Assembly (NCBI GenBank): GCA_012295275.1
Contig: CM022671.1
Location: forward strand, 28,086,001 to 28,150,000
Reading direction: 5' to 3'
Source of the DNA: Chrysomallon squamiferum
Lineage: Eukaryota > Animalia > Mollusca
DNA: 64,000 nucleotides
The notes under the pieces are model-generated. The model was given only the letters and a program-made list of their open reading frames with translations, searched no databases and had not been told where the DNA came from. Of this stretch, positions 41,986-55,200 are shown in pieces. The translations under genes and the position numbers were made by a program. The stretch's first letter is position 1, and every line of letters begins with the position of its first letter.

Positions 41986-44101
41986 ATGACAAAGGTGATG
42001 ATCAATTTTCGTTGTGAGGAATGGATACATGAAAGTTTGTCGTACTCCAGGCAGCTGTCTCCTATATTTTTTGATGAAGGTGGAATTACAGTCACACTTT
42101 TGTTTACTATTAGCAGACACATATCTGATGATTCAAAAGATGCAGACAGTGAGATAACAAAGAATCCAGTTCAACAGAAAAATAATCATAATTTAACTTA
42201 TGAAACACCTGCTGATGAAATCAAAGTTTTTGAACATCCTCTTTGTTCGGAACCTCCTACACAAGATGAAATTGAGAGTAAATATCTTCCAGAAAATATG
42301 GCTATATGTATTATTCCAGATAGTGCATGTGAACTGCACATGAATGCACACTTAGCCTGCTGTGTGTCTGCTGAGCTGAAGAGAAGTAGGAAATTTAGGA
42401 GACGGTTTCTCAAATATCTTGGCAGAAAGTATGGATTTTCCTCCCTTGATAATTATTATGAAAAAATGGATTTTTCTCAGCTTCAACAGTGTGAGTTTAT
42501 GAATATAATTTATATGGTGGATATTACAACTGTTTGGGCAAAACAGAAAATTGATTACCCATGGTGAGACAATGTGCTGTTTTGTTTTGTATACATTACT
42601 TTTCTTTGCTTTTCATTCTTATAATGCATGGGAAATGTTAGCAGAATAAAGTATTTTAAAATCTCTTTAGAGTAAAAATCTTTTCAGTAAATAAATTTCA
42701 AAGTAGGACGGACATTTTTCTTTCTTTCTTTCTTTTTTAATTTTTTAATTTTTTAAATATTTTTTTATAAATGATAAAAAGATAAAAAATATATTTAACA
42801 TCTTGTTATGTATCAAATTCTGTAACATATTTTTAGATGCTGCCAGTATTGCTTTAAAATATTAAATATAATTATTTCCTTTAATGGAATTATTTTGTTT
42901 ACAAGTTAATTTGTTTTTATTCAAAACATTAATTTATTTTTGCACCATCTAGCTATCACAGTGTTTGCTCGGTAAAACTATTTTTTGTTTCAGGAACTAC
43001 AGATTGCAATGTCTGGTTGCTAAGAGACAGATTTTGGAGGAAGTTATGTCTTGGTTATCTACTCTGGGGGGAGCATACTCTGCACTAGGAGATTATTTTA
43101 AGAGTCATGTATGTGATGTTGTTTTTGTTTGTTTTTTGCTTTGTTTATGCTGTAGTGTAAAGACTGTAAGAACATTTTTCATTGGTCAAAGAATTCACCC
43201 ATTTTTAGCAGTGTACACGTTATTATATATCCTACTGCAAAATACATAAACCAAACCCTCAACACTGAATTCATAAATATATATTATGAATTGATTTATA
43301 GAAACATGTTTCAGTACTGTTGTCAGTAATGTTGATTGTTAAATTATTTTAAAATATTTATGAAAGTACTCTCTCTCTCTCTCTCTCTGTATTTTATCTA
43401 AAACTACTGTGAAAACTGTTGCTATTATTTATTTACTGTGAAATCAGGCAGAGGCAGCTGGAGAACTTTCAAAACAGCAGCTACAGATTGCTATAGAACT
43501 TGGTGATCCCATTGTTGCTGCCAAGTGTCGTATATTCTGGGCACTAAGTCTACTGCAAAGAGGACATCTCAGAGAATGTAGAATAATTGTCAGGTTAATA
43601 TTCAGTTTAATATTCAGTTTAATATCATATAGCATAAATAACACTGTGTCTATATATAATAGTCAGTTCATTATAATTACATAAAACATGTTTGAAATTA
43701 AACTTCATATGTTTACATGAAACATAAAATTTTTGTCCAACTGTTCAGTAAAACATTTGTTTTTATAAAAACAAGTTTGAAATTATTTTTCACATTTATT
43801 ATAAGGTTTAATAACAAATTGTGTAAAAGTTTATAATAAGGAAGTGTAAAATAATTATCACGTTAAGATTCAATTTAGAAAAGTTTGAAATCTGCTAAAT
43901 AATAGCAAAGCTGAGTATATAATATAAAATAATAATAATTCTCTATTTTGGGGGTTTTTTCATTTCAGAAGTCAGTATCGATTTGCCACTACCTGTGTTG
44001 TGTCTGATCAGAGATTAATCAACATGTGTCTTGCAGTGTGGCAGAGGCTGCAGTATACATACAAGATCAGGAAAACGCACAAAAAACTTAAAGCAAAATA
44101 A
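41986..44101 (+). CDS. Uncharacterised DUF4807 / C. elegans F58A4.6-like protein, 323 aa
   Basis: Exons 41986-42563, 42994-43108, 43448-43593, 43969-44101 join in frame (972 nt). Contains MSWLSTLGGAYSALGD...AGELSKQQLQIAIELGDP...KCRIFWALSLLQRG, the STLGG motif I recall for DUF4807. Confidence 0.85.
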
Positions 44102-46983
44102 TTAGGTATCCAGTGTAATTATTTTACAGGCAGCGAACATTTTACAACAAAGATTGCTAAAAATATTTCATTCAAAATATCAAATATAATATTTAATTTA
44201 TTGTTGTAACTGATTTAACTTGTTCTATCACTATAATGTTTGCTGGTATTAAGCTCTTTGATATGATAAATTAAAACTGAGTAAAATAGTTTCATTTTCA
44301 GGCATATCTGCATTAAATATTTCTCAAAATACTATGATCTACAAAAATAATCAGCTATTTGACATTAAATAATAATGGCCTGTAAAAATTATTTTGTTTG
44401 GTTATGTTATCAACTCTGTTATTTGAAAGTGAAGCTTTTATAATCAGTATTATTTGTGCCATAAAGAGTGTTAACGAGCAATAGCTTTATGTCAAGTTTA
44501 CTGCTGTCAGATTAATGGTCTTTTAATGCTTATTAAATAAAAACAAACCTATCACTGCCTTTGAAAAACCTTTATGACACAGCAGAAAAGGAGGACTATG
44601 CACCACTTTCTTTTTTAGTTAAAGTACTTCATTTGAATTTTTTAAATAAAACTATTAATAATCATCTGACAGATGCAGTTTTAAAAGATTTTTTTCTTTC
44701 TTTGATAAAGATTTAAAGCCACTTAAAGGTCTCTTTTACTACTTATTATATACTAGATGTTTATTTTCCCCTCTCCTTTACTTCTTAAGAGACCTTTTAA
44801 AAATGTTACAGAACCAGTAAAGAAAATTGTATATAATTCTGTTAAATTCACTTGAAATAATTTTACAGGTAATTTGGTACACCTAATCTCATGACAGTAT
44901 CCATAACATTATTTAACTTGTTGTTACATTGTACTTTTGAAATGCTGACTGCATGACTGAACTATGCTAGATAAAGCTGAAGAATATCCATGATTAACAT
45001 ATAATAATTTGTATGTGAAGTTGAGGTTTATGTTTTTGTTTGAAGTGTTTATTTGGATTTAAAATGTTCATCTTTATTTTAATGCTAATGCTAATAGAAA
45101 TTATTAATTTGTTCTCATATATGTGTGATTACTTGTAAAATATTTGAGTTGTATTTTAATTTGTTGCAAATTCAGACACATTATTATTTTATGTTTACAA
45201 ATAAGACTGAATTACTGATACATGTCTACATCTAACTGAATGCAGAGTAATGCTACTGTTTCTTTATGTAAGTACAATATTTAAAATAAAACAAACAGGA
45301 ACAAAGTTGCATATGAAGTGGGGAATTTAAACAAAATTTGTTTTTTATTAATAAATGATGATGTAATTGTGAAAAATTTGTTTTTGGAAATTAGATGCTA
45401 AATATTTATTTAAAAAAAGAAAGTGTTGTTTCTGTTCAAATTAATATTATTTGCTTAAGATCTTAAAGCAATGCATATAAAAATATGTTTTGTTTTGAGG
45501 AGATGCCAGATTCATGGAATATACGTTGTACATGTTATATATAAAACATCTTAATTTATTTAACTGTAGCTGTTCCTGATTTCAACTATTATAAGCTCAA
45601 AGTGATCTGATCTGTGCCAAATAATGTATTTTAAGTTTGTAATCAATTTTTAAATTATCTTTTTATCTGTTACATATCACAGTTCCACAAAAGTTTCTAA
45701 TTTTGAACTTGAACAGATTTTTTTTGATTTTTTTAAATGTTTCTTGAAAAACATTATTATATATTTAAATGTTTTGGCAGTTAAAGTCATTTGTGAAAAT
45801 CTAAGTATTTAATATGTTTATTATTATAGTTGGGTTTCTTTTTCTTTTTTTAAAACTTCATTCTCCCAATTACATCAAAAGACAGCAACAAATCCATGTC
45901 ATATACATGTACATATTTTATTTTACATTGAAAAAAAAACAACTGTCAAAATGGAAATTAGTCATTTTGTATTGTAATTATCGAATAACAGAATGAACAA
46001 ATATTCTTTACAATAAAATAATTTTAGCTATAAATACATTTTTTAGGTTTTGTCCTAGTAGCAATATGAAAAAGGGTTAAACATTTTTTTTTTAAACCAC
46101 ATTTTGGACTCCAAGTGATATCAGATCATTTAGTCAGCAAATAAATATGTACTTTAAATTTGAACGTCTTTATGGTTCAACATTTTATTCATTTTTTATG
46201 TTTAAGTGCCTTTTCAATTCAGGTTTATCCAATGCTATTGCAGTGGATTGTTATACAAAATAAATTATTTTAAAAACCCAGCAAACTGTGTGTTTTGGTG
46301 TTTAGGAATGTTTATTCAGGACATTTATTTGCATTTGTTTTTACATCTGATAAATTATGTGGCTGTTAAATAAATAAATATCAACATATCTATCAGTATC
46401 ATGTACTTTAATGATTCACTGATCCTGCAGGTATTATGGAGGACAGTAATTTTTAAAAATTGAATGTAAATGTAGACAAATTTGTTTTTGTCAGTGTAAA
46501 AAACAAACACATTTTGTATCATAAAATATATTCCTCACATATTACCTAAAATTGGTCTAGTCTAGTAATATTACTGTATACTGGATTTTATGTGGATTCA
46601 CCAGTAATGTCATTATGAGAGAATAACTGAACTGGACTCTCGTGCATAGCCTGTTAGGCATGGAATTATTGTATGATAAAAAAAATAGGTTTTTTCTTTC
46701 ATAAACATCTGGATTTGTTTAATTTGTCACAAATATCATGCCTTTAATGAACTTTCTCTCATTATTTACATCAATGATCTTTACAGATGAAGAAAAGTCA
46801 CAGGCATATCTGGACAAATGTAACCTGATGAAATTACTTTTTTGGTTTTGACCGCAGTCAGTGAGGTTAACATCGGAACTTCCTTACTTGAAACCATGCA
46901 AGCAGTTTAATATTAAATTTCACCAACAGATCTTTAGTACAGAGAAAAATATTTCTCTGTTTTGTGTATTCCTTTTGATTAAT

Positions 46984-48973
46984 TTATGATGGTTTTTTCT
47001 CCTGTTTTTGCTGATTAATTTCTGCCTGTGTCTGAAGCATTTCCATGCGTTTTCTCTGATAATGCTGCCAGTGTAGAAGTTGTTGATCATCAAGGAATTT
47101 GGCACACTGCGCATTCACGAGCTCTTTACGAAAATGTTCATACTGTAAGAGTTCAAGGAAGTGGAGGCACTGAGGGTATCTGCCAAAGTTAAAATGAAAT
47201 TAGTAATGAAGACTTATCTGTACAGTAAAATTAAGGTCTGAAATCACCTTTCTGTTTGGGATAATAAAACAATGTAAAAAAATGAATGAAATGACACCAA
47301 ACCTAGTACATGTGTGTGAACTTTGTCAGGTTAGTTTCAAATTGGTATTCCTCCCAATAAGTATGTATTTTTTTTAATTTAGACTGGTTTTCAAATTAAT
47401 ATAAATTTGCATTAATGTTCTCAGTAGACAATGATTTAAGTAGTTAAGAAAAATGATCTATTGCTCCCTCTTGAAGTGCATCTGTAAATAATTTATAAAA
47501 TCATTGAATTTCTACATTTGATTGTAGTTAATAAAGCTCTTTATATTATATAAGCTATTGTCTTCTTTTTAGCAATATCTAACTGAAAAGTCATTTGAAC
47601 TTACTTTAGAAATTTTGCATATTTTTGTTCCTTCCAATACTGAAGATATTTAAGATAATTGATGAAAGCTGGATTTTTGAAATAATTGCGCTGTGCCAAA
47701 ACTGAAATGTAGAAATAATGTACATTAGAAACTACTAAAATCCATAAAGTGCTAACCTAACACAAGGTTACTGTAGATACTGTATTTGTAACAATAACAT
47801 ACGAAGATATGAATGTGAAATATATCAAGTTTCTGTGCTTGTGTGTATATGTCATACAAAGTTATCTTCTCTTTGTCAGTTCTTTCTAGTTGTAAATAGA
47901 CATATCTAAAATAGAATAAAGTATTTCAAAGCTTGAGCAAATTATTATAAAATCAGTGTTTTATTAAATAATATTCATTAGTAACATGAATGTCAGTAAC
48001 TTCCTTGCAGAACTGCTAGCCACAGTGTTTATTAGACAAACTTACAGTTGAGATAGTTAGGATTTGCAAGACACTGCACAAACTCCAATTCAACTTGGAA
48101 TCTGATCTTTTGTTGCTCATCAGTTTCTAAAATGTTAAACAAAACTTAAAATGTAGTAATTACAACAATGACAACATCTAAAAAAAAGTGCATCAAATAT
48201 GTATGTATATATTCAAATATATTAAAAAATTAATTTGGTTGGTAATCATTAAACAATTAGCAACAAAACAGTAAGATAATACTGTGAAAAAATAATTTTA
48301 CTTTTGAAATTATTAAATGAAACTTTTACTTGACTAATGTGTATCTTCAGTTGTTTGTGATATTTGGTGCTTTGTAATATTTCAGTATTAAATGGTAGTC
48401 TTATACCAGTTTCATGTGCAAACAATATCTACCACTTCAAGACACCATGACATGGCCACTGCAAAGTGTAATCCCTAGCTAATGAGATACAGGATAATTA
48501 AACACTGCAAACAGACTCCATTAAGATTACTGCAACTGTATCCATTCTTTTCTCTAACATTAAACATAATTAACTAAGCTATGGCAGTATAGAGATGGCA
48601 GGCATGGCAGATCTCTGTGCCTGAACCAGATTTTATAGTAAATTTATATTAAGAGAATGTAAATTCTTTTCATATGACAGAGGTCTATAATCAGCAAAGG
48701 CTGCATTATAATTATATAATAATAATGGACGTCAGAATCATTACAGTGATATTATTAGATATTAAAAACCTTTGTCACAGTATGCTACATTAGTTTAGAT
48801 TGCCTATTTATCAATCATAACAGATTTATTGTAATTTGCTGATTATGTCTAGATGACAATGATTCTTGACACTGATACTGTGACAGGCTTTTAAATACTA
48901 AATAGCAGTATAACGAGTATTCACCAGTTCCAGGAACAAATGGCAGTCCTGCTCCTCCTCCTCTTCCTGCCAT
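46984..48973 (-). CDS. MED31: Mediator subunit 31 (SOH1), complete, 140 aa; not in the ORF track
   Basis: Exons 48925-48973 (MAGRGGGAGLPFVPGT), 48046-48126 (ETDEQQKIRFQVELEFVQCLANPNYLN), 47605-47701 (FLAQRNYFKNPAFINYLKYLQYWKEQKYAKFL) and 46984-47179 (KYPQCLHFLELLQYEHFRKELVNAQCAKFLDDQQLLHWQHYQRKR...*). Total 423 nt, all GT-AG. Confidence 0.97.
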
Positions 48974-49247
48974 TTTGGCAGTGCAAGAATGAACTAATTA
49001 ATTACGAATCGGCGGTTTCGTCTTGCGCAAAATCATGAACTGCTTTTAAATAATAATGATTTATTCCAACTTTATTTTAAATTACGCCTGTTTTCTATGA
49101 AATACTGTTATTCATTAATGTGTTACGTTTAATGAAGCTAATCGCTCAATTCTAGACTGTAAACCTTTGCTCTGTTTACATAGTTTACAAACGTTGTTGC
49201 GAATTATAGAGAAGAATCAGTCCAAAAGCACGTGGGAGAAAAGCAAC
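48974..49247. promoter_or_regulatory. Bidirectional promoter shared by MED31 and TSR1
   Basis: Only 274 bp separate the two divergent ATGs. CpG cluster at about 49005-49030. E-box CACGTG at 49229-49234, just upstream of the TSR1 ATG. Confidence 0.8.
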
Positions 49248-52200
49248 ATGGCAGTAGAATCACAACATCAACATAAGCCTGGTGCTTTAAAGCAACAAAA
49301 CAAATCACATAAACATGGTAGACACAGAAGTAAAGGACAGTTAGATCGAGATGCTCAAGGTTTTATTATTTCACTATGTTATTAATAATCTGGAAAATGA
49401 TCGGCTTGCAAAATAAATAATTATTTCGGTCAATCACTCTGGCTACTGGCTACTCGAATTATCACTAACAGTAAAAAGTGCCTTATAGTTATAGTAGGAT
49501 ATGTCACATGGTGTAGTAGGCCAGTTAGTCCATTGAATTCATTTTATTTATATTTTGCCCATCAACAATAAGTTTGATAGGCGAGTAAGATCGAGCGCAT
49601 GGTAAATATATGTTTCATTAATCATTAATTTAATGTAAAAATAATAATATTAATATAGATTATATACTACTTTACTAGATAATAGATATACTAAGATAAT
49701 AATTCGTTAATTAATATGATAAATAATGATGGATGTGAGATCTTGCCGAAATTGTTACTAGAGCGAAATTAAAAAGTCATAAAATTCTCACCCCTTAACT
49801 TCTGTTTTACTAAAATTAATCTTAGTTTTTATTAGTTGAAGTCGTCTAAGATTAATTCGAATCTATATATGTAACGGAATTACGGAGATGAATGAATTAT
49901 TGTCTGTAGAGTAAGGTTATGATAATATAAATATTTTTATGATTGTTTGTACTTTTTTTTAATTTTAGGCAGAGTAAATGTGAAAAGTCTCACAAAGAAA
50001 AATAAGCAGTTGATGAGAAAAATGGACAGACGAAACCAGGTAATGTTTGTTTTTAAATCTGTAATGAAAAGATAGACATTTTATGATAATGCTAAAAAGA
50101 AGAAGAAAGTGTGTATACTTAGATTAATCACAAAGTTAATCTTTAAATAATGTTTGAATTCAAAATTATTTGGTTTGACTTTTTCTTGCCTAGGCCCTTC
50201 AGAAAAGAAAGCAGAAAAGAGATGAAGTTTTGGAGAAAAAAAGAAGTAGAGGTGGCTATGGAACTCCTCCCCACTTTGTGGTGAATTTCATTTTGGCTTT
50301 TAACAGAATCACAAGCTGTAAATATTTTGAATTATTTGTTACTCCAAATGTCATAAACAAAATCATAGTCATATTAAAAAAAAAAATATATTAGTAAATA
50401 TTTTTTTTCTTCTGCAATATTAAAAAGAAAGTGCTACTGTGGAGAGATTACGATTACAGTAAATCATTTTATAAATGAAGATGTTAACTGTTTTCAGGTT
50501 ATTTTGGCATTACACAAAAATGTTGATCCATTATCAGCTTTAAATCTCCTGAAGCAGTGTGATGAAGAAGTAGATTTATTTCAAAATGAACAAGGAATCA
50601 CACACATCAGGTAAATATTTTAGCTGTTTTATATTAAATTGTAGACAGATTATTACTGTGTATCTGTGCGGCATAAAAATAATGAAATTTGTAAACATTG
50701 CGTATTATTTTTCAAAAAGTTATTTTTGCAGAAAAATAGTGGTATCATAACAATAATGATTAGAATGTATGTGTACATAGTGTAACAACATATTTTTCAA
50801 ATTAATACTGTCATACCAATGGCTTCTGTTACAGTTTCTATATATAGAAAGATAGATACAGATACAGATACAGAGATGAATCTATATCCATATATAAATA
50901 TACAGGTAAATCAAAGATATATATAAATATGTAGAAAAATAAATAGATAGATATATATATATATAGATGTGGATATATATACACACACAGGGCTGGATTT
51001 CTCATGTAGGCTTTCTAGGCTAGTGCCTAGGGCGGCAGTTTAGTTACATAAATTTGTATTTTCACATTTGATTTATAAATAAATCCTTATGTAAATGTAA
51101 AACCATGTTTTTGCTTTCAACTAGATCATAAGTTATAACCATTCATATTTTATAAACTAAGTAGGAAGGGTGAGAAGTGTTGACGAGGGGGAGGTAAAAT
51201 TTCTTTAGCCTATGGGTGGCAAGCACATTAAATCCAACTCTGCACATCCATACACATATTGATAGATATATAGATTAAAAATTTCCTCATTTGTCATTTA
51301 TTGTTTTTTAAATCTAATTTTAGCATACCCAGATTTAAGCAGCGTACTTCATTTTTCATACCTGAATGTGGAAACTTGATTGCTATATTGGATGCAGTAA
51401 AGATCGCTGACTCCCTGCTTTGTGTTTTGTCTCCAGAAGAAGGCATTGACTCAGCTGGTGAATTCTGTCTCAGCTGTTTGTGTGGTCAGGGAATTCCTTC
51501 TGCTACATTTGTTTGTCAGGTAAATTAGTTTATTTATTGTTAGTAATTCTGAATATACCACATTTTTGTGTATATTGAAATCTCTGTTTCATGCTAAATT
51601 AGTTTTATTCTGACAGAAATATGATTTTCTTATATCTTGACAATCAAAAGTATTGATATTTTCAGATTTTCTTTGATTAATAGAGAAAAAGTGACTTATC
51701 TCTAAATATGAACTAAATACTTTTTTTTTCTTTTACAGGGCTTCAAGAATTTATCACTAAAAAAACAAGCAGAATCAAGAAAATTAATCCAAAGGAAATT
51801 AGAAAAAAGGTCTGAAAACACTGTTTTATACGGAAAATTATAGATTTGAAGTTTGTCATAAACAAATAGTTTTATACATGTAGCTGTTTAAGTATGGGTT
51901 CTATTTGTTTTAAAAGATGCATTGGACAGTTAATGTATTTAAAATATTGAAAAGTCATTGTGTGTATTATTTTTATTTATTACTGTATTAAAATGACAAA
52001 TTTGTTGAAGGTAAATTTTTCAACATCTGATTTTGATAGATTTCCTACTGACAAGTTCCATTCTCTGGACACATCCCAGGATGCTTTGCTGATTATGCGG
52101 CAAATTACCAATCAGAAGCTTTGTACCATATATTACAGAGAACACAGACCACATTTAGTTGCAGAGAATATAAGTTTTGAAATGGATGGATCAGAAGTGA

Positions 52201-55200
52201 GTATTTTTGCTAATAATGTTTTAAAATAAAGAATTTAATTAGACAGTTTCGATGAACTAAATGGGATTTTTGTTCTAAAAATTCTATAAATATCAATGTT
52301 TCATAGCATGTAGAGATTTTTTAAGTCTGTAAGATTGAAATTATATACCTGTATTATTTATCAGTTGCATATATTATGATTTTCTTAAAACTGTTGATAT
52401 CAAACATTTTAGAAATTATAGTTAGAATTCTTAACAGTTTATGTTTGAATTGTCTTGTCAGGCCTTTGTTTTTTATGTTTTTTTTATATCAAGTAATAAT
52501 ATTAATAAAATCCAAAAATGATGGTTTTAAAGTGATATATGTATTTTGTTGACAGAGTGATTTTGGCACTTTGAAAGTAACAGGATATTTACGTGGGCGA
52601 GCTCTGTCTGTGAATAGACTAGTTCATCTGCCTGGTTGGGGTGACTTTCAGCTGAAACAAATAGATTCTCCAGCAGACCCATATCCTCTGTATTCAAAAA
52701 CAGAAAAACGCAAAAGGAAAAATAGTATAGGAGAGGTAATGGTTAAAATGGGTTAAATTTCAGTGTTTTTGTTTTAAGATTCACCAAATTGTTACATTAA
52801 AGATAATTAAAATATAAAAGTAATTTGAAGAGAGGAACCAACTACATAATCATACTAATTTGTGATTGTTGAAAATATTTTTGTAAACATTTTAAGTATG
52901 TGTCATTAAACTTCGACTTTATTTTTGTAGAACATTGCATACATAATTATTTATGATGGAAAAAATGCCAAAATCACTAATCTGACTTTGTAAATGTATT
53001 TTTAATTTTCATTATCTCACTGCAGTTAGTTATGATTTCTTGTCATACAATATTTAATTATAATGTGATAGAAAAATACATTTACACACACTTATTTGTA
53101 TTGTCACACTGATATTCTGATTTTTTTCTCTTCAGTATTTAAATATTAAATTTATTTAATTTTTTTTCAAATATTTAATTTTAGGACGATGCCAGTATGG
53201 AATCTGAAGACACAACTGATGTCAGGGTATTGGCTGTAGCTGACCAGTCCAAACAAGAATCCCTGCAAGCCGAGGTCATTCCTGACCCACTTGAAGGAGA
53301 ACAGACATGGCCAACAGATGAAGAACTTGCAGATGGTAATAATAAAAAATATACCTGTGTCTGAATCTCCTTCTCGTATGGAAATAATATTGATAATACC
53401 TTTACTATATTTGTAAACAATATTAAATGATTAAATTTTTCAGGAAGGACAAGCACTTGTAATCAAACTATTTTATAAAATATTGAATAATATTGTCTTT
53501 TGTTCCGTATATAATTATGTTTACCTTTCAAAGCTGAAAGAGAAGCTAAGAAGAAAGTCACCAAGCTAGTCCCCAAAGGAACTTCAGAATACCAGGCTTC
53601 ATGGATTATAGATAGTGGCGATGAAGCAGTGAGTATGCCAAATAAATCTTTGGACAAAATAAATATTATATTGATATCTTAAATTTTAAAAACTTTTTTA
53701 AAAAATTTAATTATTTTTATGTGCATTTTGGGAGAAAAGTTACTATTATTATTATTATTATTATTTTAATATGTTGTATTTTTCTTGAGATTCTGAAATA
53801 TTATTTAAAACAAATTTTTTTTTTAGAATTTAAATCTAAAGGAAAATATTTTAAATAATAATACAATATTATTAAAGATGATTGTTAAAGCCATTACCAT
53901 AATCTGTTATATTGTTGAAGTAAGAAGCGTCTTCAGAATAGATGGAGTTATATCTTATTTTGACAGAATGCTGAAGATGATGATGATAGCTCAGATGATG
54001 ATATGGATGCAGACATGCAGGAAGCAGAGGAAGAGGAGGATTCTGATGAAGAAAAACAGTCGGAAATGGCCGAAGATAATGAGGAATATGACACAGTGAG
54101 TTTTTGTTTTCTTCCTCATTAGTTTATTTTCTTACATCACCATTGTTTCTTTTGTTTGTTTCCATTCTAAATGAAGTAGAAATTGCAGACAGATGTATAT
54201 ATCATTTTATAGCGAAATTAGCTGATAACATCATGTTTGTCAGCAATGAAACTACTATAAATGTTAGCAGACCCACAGAATTTAAATTTAAATTTGTGAC
54301 CAGTACATTTTGTTCTTTTTATAAATATAATTTTTAACATTAAAACATAATAATAATAACAAAATCAAAAATAAATTAGAATAAACAGAATGAACAACCA
54401 GTAAATGATGTTTATTTAAAAAAAAAAAATTTGTACCTTGTTTTATATTACATACCAGATTTATTTTTTTGTTCCTAAATTTTCTTGTAAGCATGTTATT
54501 TTAACCAGTTAATATTAATTTTTCAGATGACTATAACTGAAGGAGATGATGCTGCAAACTATGATGCAGCAATGGATTTAGATGAAGAACAGAGGATGTA
54601 AGAATTACATTTGACATTTATATTACTGTTCTGGTCTTTGTAATTAAGAACGTTTCTGTTGTGAAAACAGAATCATGGCATGTTTATTCACCATTCTAAA
54701 TTGGAAAAAAATAATGAAAATGTTTGTAAAGTAGTCTGCAGCAAATGCAACTGTTTAAGTTTATAATGCAGGATCAACTGCAGGCTTTTATTAGTTTAAT
54801 ATTGTGGGGTTTTTTATATTTGATATTATTTTAGGTTAGAAAAGATCAAAGAAGAAAAACTGAATCAGATGTTTCCAGATGAAGTAGATACTCCTGTTGA
54901 CCAGTCTGCTAGACAGAGATTTGCAAGGTGTGGTTTTCATATTTATAAAAAAAAAAAAAAAAAAAAAAAACATTTTTAAATAAATTACTTGAAGTTTGAA
55001 AAACAAATGAAAGTAGCGATGCAGGATTGTTGTAGATTACAATTATGCTGATTAAAAATTACCATTTCTCTGTCAATATATTGATCTATATGGCATAATC
55101 TCATTATCTTATGTACGTTTTGTTCAATTAAAATATTTATTTTTTATATTTTTTTTTATTTATTTAAGTAATAGAATTTGAAATCAGACTGTTGAAAAAT

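Noticed and set aside
44945-45000. SECIS-like ATGA...AAA...GA downstream of the DUF4807 gene
   Set aside because: No convincing helix, and the CDS has no in-frame TGA.
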